Shown here in pieces: positions 39,983 through 49,827 of a stretch of 50,386 bases of DNA. Numbering within the stretch: position 1 is the first letter of the stretch; the number at the start of each line of letters is the position of its first letter. The stretch is taken from assembly GCA_023254095.1 (NCBI GenBank), contig JALNLM010000009.1, positions 1-50,386 of the forward strand, read 5' to 3'. This DNA is from Candidatus Geocrenenecus huangii (GTDB taxonomy: Archaea; Thermoproteota; Nitrososphaeria_A; Caldarchaeales; Wolframiiraptoraceae). Under the pieces are notes generated by a model. The model ran no database searches. It saw nothing but the letters and a program-made list of their open reading frames with translations, and was not told the origin of the DNA. The position numbers and the translations under genes are program-made.

Positions 39983-41384
39983 AGAAGATTTCATATCAAC
40001 AGGTATACCTGGACTTGATTATTTAATTAAAGGTTTTCCAAGAGGTGGGTTGGTCGTTGTCTCTGGAGCGCCGGGGACAGGTAAGACAGCTTTAGCATCA
40101 AACTTTATTTATCAGGGTGCGGTAAAGTACGGTGAGCCGGGAATCTACGTATCTCTAATAGAGGATGAGACGCGTTTCTATACCTACATGAAGAGCTTCG
40201 GTCTCGATTTTGAAAAACTGACAGAAAAGAAGCTATTCAGATATGTTCCTCTTCCTACGTTACTTGAATCTGGAATGTCTGCAGCTATAACTACGGTTAT
40301 TGATGACATCTTATCCATAAATGCAAAGAGAATAGCTATAGACTCTTACACAGCTATAAGCGGGTCATTTAAGGATCAGGCAGAGGGAAGAGCATTCCTG
40401 CACAGTGTATTATCAAAGATCACCTCACAGCTTAAATGTACTACCATGTTGATTAAGGAAGAAAAAGAAATAGAAAAGAAGGAATTCGATTATGTAGACT
40501 TCATAGCTGATGGAGTAATACATCTCAAATACGGTACTATAGAAGACAAATTGTATAGAGAATTGGCTTTCATAAAATTAAGGGGTTCTGAACTGAGAAA
40601 TCCGAGGGCATGGTTTACACTACATGGTGGATTCAAGGTAATGATACCTACGAAGATTCCCGATAAGCGGAGATTCGCTGGAATACAATATCCAGAGAAT
40701 CCGCAAACAGGCTACACTACAGGAATACCAGACCTAGATCGGGAGATTGGAGGTTACCCTGACAAAACGGTAATACTGTTTGAAGTAGATCCGAAACTCA
40801 CATTCAAGGATTATATGTTCTTAACGGTTCCATTAATTTCTGCACATATTCTAAGAGATGGCTATTGCTTAGTTATACCGTCAGGAGGGGTTACTCGCGA
40901 TGTTTTATTAGATGCATATATGATGTACGGTGTAAGTGAAGAACAATTTAGAAGAAACTACCACCTACTCACCGAGCCCGATTGTAGAGAGGAAAGGAGT
41001 GAAAAGACCATGGAGATCGAACCCCCTGAGATGGTTGTTAAGAGATTTACGGAATTGGAAAATAAGCTCCTAGAAAGATATAGGAGACCTCCAATAAGAT
41101 TGTTTGGAGTGGATAGGTTAGTTCAGTATTATGGAGAAAGAGTTTTCAACATTTTGTATATTGTAGAAGATGAGCTTAGAAGGAAAGGTGGATTGATTAT
41201 ATGGATAGTTAAACCTGTTAAACCCTGGTTGATGAAGGGTCTTGCACCAATAGCTGACATCCACTTCAAGATATTTAGAAAGCATGCATGTATGTTCATG
41301 TATGGTGTTAAGCCTATCACGCCGATTTATGGAATTCAAATAAGGGAAGATTCACCAATCCCTAATTTGATACCAATAGTATAG
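39942..41384 (+). CDS. KaiC/GvpD-like RecA-superfamily ATPase with degenerate second domain
   Basis: STGIPGLD, GAPGTGKT, IAIDS, ADGVIHL and KLRGS; second TTGIPDLD domain lacks a Walker A. Start may be TTG 39972. Confidence 0.9.
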   Translation: MCLSWRRALLLESREDFISTGIPGLDYLIKGFPRGGLVVVSGAPGTGKTALASNFIYQGAVKYGEPGIYVSLIEDETRFYTYMKSFGLDFEKLTEKKLFRYVPLPTLLESGMSAAITTVIDDILSINAKRIAIDSYTAISGSFKDQAEGRAFLHSVLSKITSQLKCTTMLIKEEKEIEKKEFDYVDFIADGVIHLKYGTIEDKLYRELAFIKLRGSELRNPRAWFTLHGGFKVMIPTKIPDKRRFAGIQYPENPQTGYTTGIPDLDREIGGYPDKTVILFEVDPKLTFKDYMFLTVPLISAHILRDGYCLVIPSGGVTRDVLLDAYMMYGVSEEQFRRNYHLLTEPDCREERSEKTMEIEPPEMVVKRFTELENKLLERYRRPPIRLFGVDRLVQYYGERVFNILYIVEDELRRKGGLIIWIVKPVKPWLMKGLAPIADIHFKIFRKHACMFMYGVKPITPIYGIQIREDSPIPNLIPIV

Positions 41385-41544
41385 CGTAGATAAGGGAGAA
41401 AAAGGAAGACTTTAATTAAGTTAGGTTCTCCACCCTAAGTTGGACATATCGATTAAGAAATCCTTGTAGACTCTACTCAATCCTTCTATGAGAGATCCAT
41501 ATCCAGACCATATATAGAAGGAAATCTAAGATAAAAAACTTAGT

Positions 41545-42411
41545 TTAATCTTTTAGGTATGCTACCATTAATCCAGCTATGACTAGTACTGCACCGATGG
41601 TTTCGATTATTTCGAGCGACTCAGACAACATGATGTATGCTAGGATGGATGAGACAACAGGTATTAGGAGACCGGAGGTAGCCATTAGGGTTGCACTCAC
41701 ATCTTCGGAACCGATATTGAACAAATAGTATGATACCGCGGAGGGAAAGACTCCAAGCCATACGAGACCAATAATAGATGATGGTTCTCCGGGGATGGTG
41801 ATATTGCGTTGGATGAATAAGACTGAGATAAGAATTAATGGGAGAGAGATCATGAAGGTCCTCAATGTTATTGTTAGACTTCTCCCGCTTAGCTCCATCT
41901 TCTTCAAGTAGGCTGCATAAACTGACCAGCAGAATATAGCGAACATTATTAGTAGAGCTCCAATAAACCATTCAAGATCATATTCTAGCCCAATCTTATC
42001 TAGAAAGAATATTATCAGACCTAGGAAGCCTATGAGTATTCCCGTGTACTGTATTTTCTTAAGTTTCTCTCCTACAAGGAAATATGCAACTAGGAAAGTC
42101 ATCAGAGGATAGCATCCAAGCATCAGCCCCGCATGGTTTGCATTAACGTAAAGTAGTCCAAGATTATATGTAAGCCATGGAACTGCTATACCACTCAATG
42201 AAAGTATAATCAAGTCTCTTAGATTGGTTTTCGGGGATTCTGGAACTCTAGCAACCCTAACCAACAAGATTAATGTAAGACACCCGATCAAGATTCTGTA
42301 AACCACTATATCCCATGGGGTAATATCTTGGAGAACGATTTTACTTACAGGAGCCGTCGAACCCCAAAGTATCCCTGTAAGAATAGGCGTAAAACGTGAA
42401 AGCTTTTTCAC
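41545..42411 (-). CDS. EamA/DMT family transporter
   Basis: ILWGS, two 5-TM repeats, GEKL and LGVFPS motifs. Confidence 0.92.
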   Translation of the reverse strand: MKKLSRFTPILTGILWGSTAPVSKIVLQDITPWDIVVYRILIGCLTLILLVRVARVPESPKTNLRDLIILSLSGIAVPWLTYNLGLLYVNANHAGLMLGCYPLMTFLVAYFLVGEKLKKIQYTGILIGFLGLIIFFLDKIGLEYDLEWFIGALLIMFAIFCWSVYAAYLKKMELSGRSLTITLRTFMISLPLILISVLFIQRNITIPGEPSSIIGLVWLGVFPSAVSYYLFNIGSEDVSATLMATSGLLIPVVSSILAYIMLSESLEIIETIGAVLVIAGLMVAYLKD

Positions 42412-42549
42412 CTTGAATCGATATTATCAGTTAAACCATCTATATAGGATTTGCTTAATCATTCTATGGGAGATTCATGTCTAGCCATTCACTATAGAGT
42501 CGTACAGATGTAAGTATTCTTTAAAAATAAGGATTCATACAGTTTTTGT

Positions 42550-43779
42550 ATGGATTTCGAGTTCTCAGAAGATGAAATAAGATTTAGAGAAAGTGTTCAG
42601 GAATTCTGTAAGAGATACATTGAGCCTAGATGGATAGAGATAGATGAGAAGGGTAGGATACCACTTGACCTAATTAAGAAGATGGGTGAACAAGGGTTAT
42701 TCGCAATCCCTATCTCTGAAGAATATGGTGGAATGGGTGGAACAATAACGATGACCGCTATAGCTGCTGAGGAGATAGCATATCATGATCCATCCGTAGC
42801 GACGGCAGTCTACACGCTACTAAACAATGGGTGGCCACTACTATTAGAAAAATATGGTGATGAAGACGTCAAGAAAGAGGTCTTGCCGAAAGTAGCGAGT
42901 GGAGACGCATTCTACGGTATAGCTTCGACTGAATCTCATGGAGGGTCGGATGTAGCGGGTATAAAGACGACGGCGATGAAGAAGAATGGTGTATGGATAA
43001 TTAATGGTGAGAAGACATACATAAGCGGGATAAGAGAGATACAAGAATTACCGGAAGGTGGAGGATACTTCCTAGTGGCCAAGACAAATAAACCAGAATA
43101 TGGACATAGGAACATAACGGCTTTCAATCTAATCGTTAAATGGAATGGTAAAGTGAGAAGAGAATGGAAACCAACAATCTTCGAAGAAATAGGTAGAAGA
43201 GGGATAAGCACAGGAGCATTCGTACTTGAAGACTTCCAGCTAGAAGACAAGTACCGGATCGGTGAAGAGAATAAGGGATTCTACTACTTGATGGAGGGAT
43301 TCAACGTTGCGAGAATACTCGTCGCGGCAGCAACTATAGGGAGTGGGAGATGGGCACTAGACCAAGCGGTCGAATGGTTAAAGAATAGAAGGTTGTTTGA
43401 AGGTAGATCGTTGGCCTCATTCCAAGGTGTAAGCTTCAAGCTTTCCGAATTATATGCTGAACTAGAAGCTTCAAAACTTCTAACATATAGAGCGGCGTGG
43501 CTTGCCGACAAAATCTACTTTGAGAAGAACCCTAAATGGAAGGAAAAAGACTTGAACATACCTGTAGCCTTATGTAAATTGAAAGCTCCTGAGGCGACGA
43601 CAAAGATATATGAGGAGCTCATGAAATGGTATGGAGCATACGCTTACACTAAAGAGTGTAATGCCTTCAGAGGATGGCTGGGGACCTTCTCATACACTAT
43701 AGGGGCCGAGGGAGCACAGAATATAATGAGGATAATAATTGCTAGAGACTTGATAGGCAGAGAATATGTTAAAGGATAA
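42550..43779 (+). CDS. Acyl-CoA dehydrogenase
   Basis: EEYGGMG, STESHGGSD, INGEKTYIS, FQGV.FKL and GAEGAQNIMR motifs. Confidence 0.95.
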   Translation: MDFEFSEDEIRFRESVQEFCKRYIEPRWIEIDEKGRIPLDLIKKMGEQGLFAIPISEEYGGMGGTITMTAIAAEEIAYHDPSVATAVYTLLNNGWPLLLEKYGDEDVKKEVLPKVASGDAFYGIASTESHGGSDVAGIKTTAMKKNGVWIINGEKTYISGIREIQELPEGGGYFLVAKTNKPEYGHRNITAFNLIVKWNGKVRREWKPTIFEEIGRRGISTGAFVLEDFQLEDKYRIGEENKGFYYLMEGFNVARILVAAATIGSGRWALDQAVEWLKNRRLFEGRSLASFQGVSFKLSELYAELEASKLLTYRAAWLADKIYFEKNPKWKEKDLNIPVALCKLKAPEATTKIYEELMKWYGAYAYTKECNAFRGWLGTFSYTIGAEGAQNIMRIIIARDLIGREYVKG

Positions 43780-43804
43780 TGTTAGATGTGTAGGAGGATG
43801 AGTA

Positions 43805-44566
43805 GTGAGGGTACTTACACCGATAAAACTAACAGTAGACATCAGTCAACTAAAATACGAATCGTCTGGAGAGCCGCTAATAGACATCGCGCCGAGGAAG
43901 ATGGGCGACTCCGATAAATGTGCAATAGAAGAAGCTGTTAGATTGAAAGAGAAACATAATGCACATACGGTGGTGGTAACAGTTGGGTCAACCCCAGACC
44001 ATGAAAGAATGGTCAGAGACGCATACGCTATGGGGATAGATGAAGGATATATTATAGAAGTAGATGGACACGAAAACCTGCAAGCCGTCAACGTAGGAGA
44101 GATAATTGCATCTATGGCTGAGAAGACTGGACCATACGATTTAATAATCCTTGGAGCAGGCTCTCTTGATACTCACTCCTACACTCTAGGCCCCATCGTA
44201 GCTTCAAGGATAGGTATACCGATAATTGCAAGCGTAGACTCGTTGAACTACGTTGAGGGATACATCGAAGCAAAAAGCGTTATGGAGGATGGAACGTATA
44301 TTTACCGGTCAAAGCCTCCACTAGTAGTTACGGTGACAACTGAAGCTAATGAGCCTAGAATACCTACCTTAAAAACAATACTTAAGTCAAAGAAGATGGA
44401 GGTGAAGAGACTAAGCATAGAGCAGCTGGGAGTAAGATTGGAGAAGGTCGGCCTAGTAGAGGTTAAGAAGTACATCATCCAGAGAAAGAATATAGTTTGG
44501 GATGCAAGTGAAGACTTCGAGAAAGCAGTTGACAACTTGGTAAATCTCCTAGTCGGTGAGGTCTAG
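43805..44566 (+). CDS. etfB: Electron transfer flavoprotein beta subunit
   Basis: D..AIEEAVRLKE, AMGID, DLIILG and NEPRIP motifs. Confidence 0.93.
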   Translation: MRVLTPIKLTVDISQLKYESSGEPLIDIAPRKMGDSDKCAIEEAVRLKEKHNAHTVVVTVGSTPDHERMVRDAYAMGIDEGYIIEVDGHENLQAVNVGEIIASMAEKTGPYDLIILGAGSLDTHSYTLGPIVASRIGIPIIASVDSLNYVEGYIEAKSVMEDGTYIYRSKPPLVVTVTTEANEPRIPTLKTILKSKKMEVKRLSIEQLGVRLEKVGLVEVKKYIIQRKNIVWDASEDFEKAVDNLVNLLVGEV

Positions 44567-44571
44567 CCTAC

Positions 44572-45477
44572 ATGAGGATACTCGTTTACGGTGAGACGGT
44601 TGAATGGCTTAAGCAAGTCAGAGAGATAGCGGAGATACTGAACAGCGAAGTGTATGGTGTTATTCCATCTAGGGAGCTAGTCAACCAGGCGTCCAAAATC
44701 CTAGACAAGGCATACGTCTTCGATGGATTAACATATGAGCCGAACACCTACCATAAGATTATTCGACGAGTGTCCGATAAGGTTAAGCCAGACGTAACAC
44801 TATTTCCCTCAACTATCAAGGGAAGAACTTTAGCGGGATTATATGCTGGAGAGAAGGGTCAGCCGATAATAACAGACGTGCTCAACCTGAGATACATAGC
44901 TGGAGGACTAGAGATCGAGAGGCTGGTATATGGTGGTTCATGCATCGCAACAATAAGATCCACTTTACCAGCAACGATATGCATATCAATCGGAGCATTC
45001 AAACCATCAGAAAAACAAGTAAATGGAGAAATAGAATATCTTGAGGAGATAAGGGAGAGCGCCGTCCAGACGGAATTCAGGAGTAGAGAATACGTCGGGG
45101 TACCCTTAGAGAGAGCAGAGATAGTCGTAGCGGCGGGTAGAGGATTCAAGAAGAAAGAAGACCTCGAAATTGTTAAGGAGCTTTCAAGAATACTTAATGG
45201 TGCATGGAGTGTTACAAGGCCTCTTGCAGCAGATTATGGATGGTCCGATACATGGATAGGCATTTCGGGGGCCACAATAAATCCGAAGATCTATCTAGCG
45301 GTAGGGGTGTCCGGGCAACCACTCCACATGATCGCTGTTAGAAACTCCAAGACGATAATAGCTATAAATAAAGACCCGAGCGCGCCGATCTTTAATGAAG
45401 CAGACTATGGAGTAATAGGAGACCTATACCAAGTCCTTCCAAAATTATTAGAGAAACTTAAGAAGAAACTAGGATAA
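44572..45477 (+). CDS. etfA: Electron transfer flavoprotein alpha subunit
   Basis: AEIVVAAGRG, TRP, IGISG, GVSGQPLH, AINKDP.APIF..ADYG. Confidence 0.93.
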   Translation: MRILVYGETVEWLKQVREIAEILNSEVYGVIPSRELVNQASKILDKAYVFDGLTYEPNTYHKIIRRVSDKVKPDVTLFPSTIKGRTLAGLYAGEKGQPIITDVLNLRYIAGGLEIERLVYGGSCIATIRSTLPATICISIGAFKPSEKQVNGEIEYLEEIRESAVQTEFRSREYVGVPLERAEIVVAAGRGFKKKEDLEIVKELSRILNGAWSVTRPLAADYGWSDTWIGISGATINPKIYLAVGVSGQPLHMIAVRNSKTIIAINKDPSAPIFNEADYGVIGDLYQVLPKLLEKLKKKLG

Positions 45478-45547
45478 CCTTTATCTCAGCTAGTCAAGAA
45501 TTAATAGACGTATGTATCCTATTTCTAGATATAGGTGTGATTGATTA

Positions 45548-46801
45548 TTGAGTGAAAAATATGATGTAGTAGTTGTGGGAGGAGGCCCAGCAGGTCTCTC
45601 AGTAGCTTACTTCCTAGCCGATAAGGGATATACCGTAGTAGTTCTTGAGAGGGGGCTGGAGCCGGGCTCAAAGAATGTTTTCGGAGGAAGAGTATACAGC
45701 TATCCGCTAGACAAGTATTTTCCAGGATGGAGAAGAGATGCACCTATTGAGAGATGGGTTAGGAGGGAAATGCTCTCGATACTTTGTAGAGAAAACATGG
45801 CGAGTATAGGATACCAGTTGAGTAGGAAGCCAGATGGGCACGATAGTTTTACAGTATTTTTAAGCAGGCTCCTCAAATGGATGGCGTCAAAAGTAGAAGA
45901 GAAGAATGTTCTTCTTGCATCGAATGTAAGAGTAGATGAGATGCTGTTTAGAGATGGCGTAGCATGCGGTGTAAGAGCCGGCGAGGATAAGATTGAAGCA
46001 GAATACGTAGTCATAGCTGAAGGTGCCAACACGCTTCTCCTAGAGAAACATGGATTGAGAGGAAGACCCTCTCCTAGAGATATTGCTGTAGGTGTAAAAG
46101 AAGTTGTAAGAGTCGGTAGAGAAAAGATAAATGAGAGATTCGGCCTAGGAGACGAGGAAGGTTTAGCGCAGTTCTTGATTAGCCCGGTCTTCGGAGGAGG
46201 GTTCATATACACTATGAAAGAGTACGTCTCTGTAGGAGTAGTCTATAGACTTTCCTTTAACAACCACGTAGAAGGAAAAGACGTTATAGAAGAGTTGAGG
46301 ATGCACCCCGAAATCTCTAAACTATTAGAAGGTGGAGTTCCGGTTGAATACTCTGCGCACATAATAAGAGAAGGAGGGTACAAGGACTTAATGAGCAAAC
46401 CGTATGGGAAGGGATACGTAGTAGTTGGAGACGCAGCTGGACTAATACTGAATACAGGGTTTACCGTGAGAGGAGTAGACCTGGCGATAGAATCTGGAAG
46501 GCTGGCAGCAGAAGCCATAACGAAGACTTCACCAGGGGAAGAATTATCGATCTACATGGACCTTTTACGAAGGAGTGGAATAATCGATGCCCTGAAGAAA
46601 TTTAAGAATGTACCCAAGATACTATCCAATCAGAGAATTTATGTAGAATATCCCGATCTAATCTGCAAATTACTGGACAATATATATTCTGTAGACGAAT
46701 TCCCAGAAACACTTAATGAATCACTAAAAAAAGCAGTAAAAGGGAAAACCTCAATTATCAGGTTACTGCTTGACCTACTGATGACGGTGAGAAGCTTGTG
46801 A
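45548..46801 (+). CDS. fixC: ETF:quinone oxidoreductase flavoprotein (FixC-like)
   Basis: VGGGPAG, ERG..PGSKNVFGG, EYSAH, GDAAG and RGVDLAIESG motifs. Confidence 0.9.
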   Translation: MSEKYDVVVVGGGPAGLSVAYFLADKGYTVVVLERGLEPGSKNVFGGRVYSYPLDKYFPGWRRDAPIERWVRREMLSILCRENMASIGYQLSRKPDGHDSFTVFLSRLLKWMASKVEEKNVLLASNVRVDEMLFRDGVACGVRAGEDKIEAEYVVIAEGANTLLLEKHGLRGRPSPRDIAVGVKEVVRVGREKINERFGLGDEEGLAQFLISPVFGGGFIYTMKEYVSVGVVYRLSFNNHVEGKDVIEELRMHPEISKLLEGGVPVEYSAHIIREGGYKDLMSKPYGKGYVVVGDAAGLILNTGFTVRGVDLAIESGRLAAEAITKTSPGEELSIYMDLLRRSGIIDALKKFKNVPKILSNQRIYVEYPDLICKLLDNIYSVDEFPETLNESLKKAVKGKTSIIRLLLDLLMTVRSL

Positions 46802-47079
46802 AGAGGATGAGCGTCGAGGAGAGGCTGGCATTAACGAAGTTCGAGGTTCACAGTGAACCACACATAATCTTGAGAACCGAGAAGTGTAAAACATGCAGCT
46901 TCAAGATCTGTGTATCTTCATGCCCCGCAGGATTGTACACGTTGAATGAATCTGGAGAAATACAATTTACATATGAAGGATGCTTAGAATGCGGTACGTG
47001 TAGAATAGTTTGCCCAGAGAATGCTATTGAATGGAATTATCCACCTGGAGGATTCGGGGTCCAATACAAGTTTGGGTGA
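46798..47079 (+). CDS. fixX: Ferredoxin-like protein FixX
   Basis: C..C....C...CPAGLY, GCLECGTCRIVC and WNYPPGGFGV motifs. Confidence 0.93.
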   Translation: MKRMSVEERLALTKFEVHSEPHIILRTEKCKTCSFKICVSSCPAGLYTLNESGEIQFTYEGCLECGTCRIVCPENAIEWNYPPGGFGVQYKFG

Positions 47080-47100
47080 ACGGCTAGATAGTGACCGTGG

Positions 47101-47763
47101 ATGCTGAAGGCTGAAGAATTTCTCGAGATAATAAGGGTACTTGAAGATAGATATCGAGTACATCTTCCTGAACATGTAAGAGAAGACCCCTTCAGAATAC
47201 TTATCGGGACGATACTGTCCCAGCGGACCAAAGACGAGATGACGGATAAGGCCTACGAAGCACTCTTCAAAGAATATCCTACAGCTGATTCCTTAGCAAA
47301 AGCATCCGTGAAAAAGATTGAGAAGCTGATCAGGCCGGTGGGGTTCTATAGAGTCAAGGCTAAGAGAATAAGAGAGATTTCAAGAATAATTCTAGAAAGA
47401 TATTCAGGAGCAGTCCCTAAGGATCGTGAAGAATTATTGAAGCTTCCAGGCGTAGGGGATAAGACAGCAGATATAGTATTGTCGTTCGGATATGGGTTGC
47501 CTGAGATCGCTATAGATACCCATGTGGAGGCAGTAGCTAAAAGACTAGGGATAGCGGATGAAAAAGATAGGTATGTGGAGATTAAGAAGAAGCTTGAAGA
47601 AATAACGCCGCCAGAAAAACGCTCGATCTTGAACAGCATCCTCGTACCCTTCGGTAAAGAGATCTGTAAGAAGCCTAGGCCAAGATGTAGTATCTGTCCA
47701 ATAAGCAATTTCTGCGCATATTTTAAGAAAATGCAATCGTCAGCAAGAATGCAGAGCTTATAG
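47101..47763 (+). CDS. nth: Endonuclease III
   Basis: ILSQRTKD, LPGVGDKTA (HhH), IDTHV and C-x6-C-x2-C-x5-C motifs. Confidence 0.95.
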   Translation: MLKAEEFLEIIRVLEDRYRVHLPEHVREDPFRILIGTILSQRTKDEMTDKAYEALFKEYPTADSLAKASVKKIEKLIRPVGFYRVKAKRIREISRIILERYSGAVPKDREELLKLPGVGDKTADIVLSFGYGLPEIAIDTHVEAVAKRLGIADEKDRYVEIKKKLEEITPPEKRSILNSILVPFGKEICKKPRPRCSICPISNFCAYFKKMQSSARMQSL

Positions 47764-47889
47764 TTGAATCGGGGAAAACACTGCATTTCTTAAACAATTT
47801 TTCTACAAAAATAACTATATGAATCCCCTAAATATTTATTGAATAGAGTTAGATAATTGGAGAGGGATTAGAAGCGGTGGAGAGAAGTA

Positions 47890-48549
47890 ATGGTTAAATT
47901 AAATATCGTTGAGGAGGATGAGAAGTCTATAAAAGTTGAGCTTGAAGGTTTACCGCTAGCTGTTGCGAATACGTTGAGGAGATTTGTGATAAACGAGGTG
48001 CCGACGATGGCTATTGAAGAGATCCTGATAATAGAGAATACCTCTGCTATGCCTAACGAGGTTCTAGCTCATAGGCTCTCATTGATACCCTTCATCTCCG
48101 ATATAGATAGGTACGTGGCCCCCGAGGAATGTGATTGCGGAAGCAAGCTTGGATGTGAGAAATGTGTCGTAAGGTACGTGGTGAGGGCTGAAGCAGTAGA
48201 TGAGCCGGTGACAGTCTACTCGAAAGACATTATACCAGAAGACCCCTCAATCACAGTTAAACCTGTGAGCCCGAAGATACCTATAGTCAAGCTAGCGCCA
48301 AACCAGAGAATAGAGATAGAGCTTTACGTCCGGGTGGGGAAAGGTAGAAAGCATGCTAAATGGCAAGCAGCTATATCTTCCCTATACGAGAAGGATGGTG
48401 AACCAGGTAAGAGAATACTATTCATAGAGTCTATAGGATCTCTTCCCCCTAGGAGAATACTTAAGGAAGCTGTAAATATCTTTAAGAAGAAAGTACAAGA
48501 ACTAAACGAGAAGATACTAAGTGATATCGGGGGTCTTAGAGATGGTTAG
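47890..48549 (+). CDS. rpoD: DNA-directed RNA polymerase subunit D (Rpo3)
   Basis: ANTLRR, VPTMAI, ENTS, LAHRL.LIP, Cys cluster CDC...CEKC, and HAKW motifs. Confidence 0.96.
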   Translation: MVKLNIVEEDEKSIKVELEGLPLAVANTLRRFVINEVPTMAIEEILIIENTSAMPNEVLAHRLSLIPFISDIDRYVAPEECDCGSKLGCEKCVVRYVVRAEAVDEPVTVYSKDIIPEDPSITVKPVSPKIPIVKLAPNQRIEIELYVRVGKGRKHAKWQAAISSLYEKDGEPGKRILFIESIGSLPPRRILKEAVNIFKKKVQELNEKILSDIGGLRDG

Positions 48550-48904
48550 CAGGACAAAAACTATCAAACCCGGGTTCAGGAATATGATATTGTCGCAGAT
48601 ACCCGTTAAATTAAGGAAGAAGAGATTCTGGAGGAAGATAATCGAAGAAGCTGAAAGATCTAGAAGAAGTAGGAGAGTGGTAAATCTATACAAGATAGAC
48701 CGCTTAACAGATGACGGCGACGTTGTCTACGTGGTCGGAAAAGTGCTCGGCGCAGGAGAACTGTCTCATCAGCTAACCATATCAGCATTCTCCTTCAGTA
48801 AAAAAGCATACGAGAAGATAAAAAAAGCAGGTGGAACGATACTTACCATAGCCGAATTCGCTGAAAAATACCCTAATGGAAGAAACGTAAAGATCATAGG
48901 ATAA
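48542..48904 (+). CDS. rpl18e: 50S ribosomal protein L18e (eL18)
   Basis: VNLYKI, VVGKVLGAG, FSFS..A..KI..AGG and P.G.NVKIIG motifs; ATG 48542 overlaps the end of rpoD. Confidence 0.95.
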   Translation: MVSRTKTIKPGFRNMILSQIPVKLRKKRFWRKIIEEAERSRRSRRVVNLYKIDRLTDDGDVVYVVGKVLGAGELSHQLTISAFSFSKKAYEKIKKAGGTILTIAEFAEKYPNGRNVKIIG

Positions 48905-49404
48905 CTCGCAAAGCATGGTCTTGAATAAGAATGTCCCGAAACGTTGAGGAGAAAATAGCTGGAAGATGGTAAGAAAGCACCTTTAATATAAGATGCTTAT
49001 AGAGGTGTAGCATATTATAGAGAATGCTTCGGAGTAGCTGTAAACGTTTCTAACTGGTATATACATAGGAGAAAATTCACGTAACATATTTTACTACAAT
49101 TTTACCTGAAGACATCGAGAACATTAAAGAATGTGGCCAACTTAGGATGCAATGTAGAAAAGGATGTGCGGAATAGATCAACAAGAGAAGCTAAGCTTCT
49201 GTAAAGATACTGTTAAGTTTCTATATGCATCTCGAAGTAGAGAAAGTAATAAGCCTAAAGCAATCATGAACGATTTGAAAAGGTCAAGAGATTTTTAGAT
49301 GAAGATGCAAGCAAACCTGGTGATTATTGAAATAATGTTAACAAGCATGACGAGATACGTTTATTAATAGAGTTAACCCTTAAGGAAAGCATAGAGGTGG
49401 TTAC

Positions 49405-49815
49405 ATGAGGCGTAGGATATTATTGCTACTCCTATTGACGATCTTGACAGCGGTAGCAATAGCGTACGCAGCATCGCTCAGTGTAACCGCAGTAAACGAG
49501 CTTGGAGCGTCTCAACCAGTCCAAGTAAACTGCCCAGCTCAAGGTTGCACAATTAGTAGAATAGCGTGGAGATTAACAAGTAGCGCTCCGTATAATGTTG
49601 ACGCAGCTAGAGTGTACTGGACTGCTACTTCTACTTCTAAAACATATACAGTCTGTGTAGAACTATACGAAACGGATGCTGGTTCACCAATATCATCCGG
49701 ATGTACTACCACTCCAGGATCTAATACTAACCCCACAAACGTGGATCTTAATCCAAACGTGGATCCAAGGCTCGTTAACTACGTTAGGGTAGTGATAGTT
49801 GATGAGACAACTTAA
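49405..49815 (+). CDS. Small secreted beta-rich protein, candidate filament subunit
   Basis: GAGGTGG RBS; signal peptide MRRR-(L-rich)-AYA|ASLSVT; Thr/Ser/Val-rich with 4 Cys and no C-terminal anchor. Confidence 0.75.
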   Translation: MRRRILLLLLLTILTAVAIAYAASLSVTAVNELGASQPVQVNCPAQGCTISRIAWRLTSSAPYNVDAARVYWTATSTSKTYTVCVELYETDAGSPISSGCTTTPGSNTNPTNVDLNPNVDPRLVNYVRVVIVDETT

Positions 49816-49827
49816 TCGTGGACATCT

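Noticed and set aside
39942-41384. Circadian KaiC, RadA/RadB or true gas-vesicle GvpD
   Set aside because: No KaiB or phosphosites, no RadA N-terminal domain, and no gvp genes nearby.
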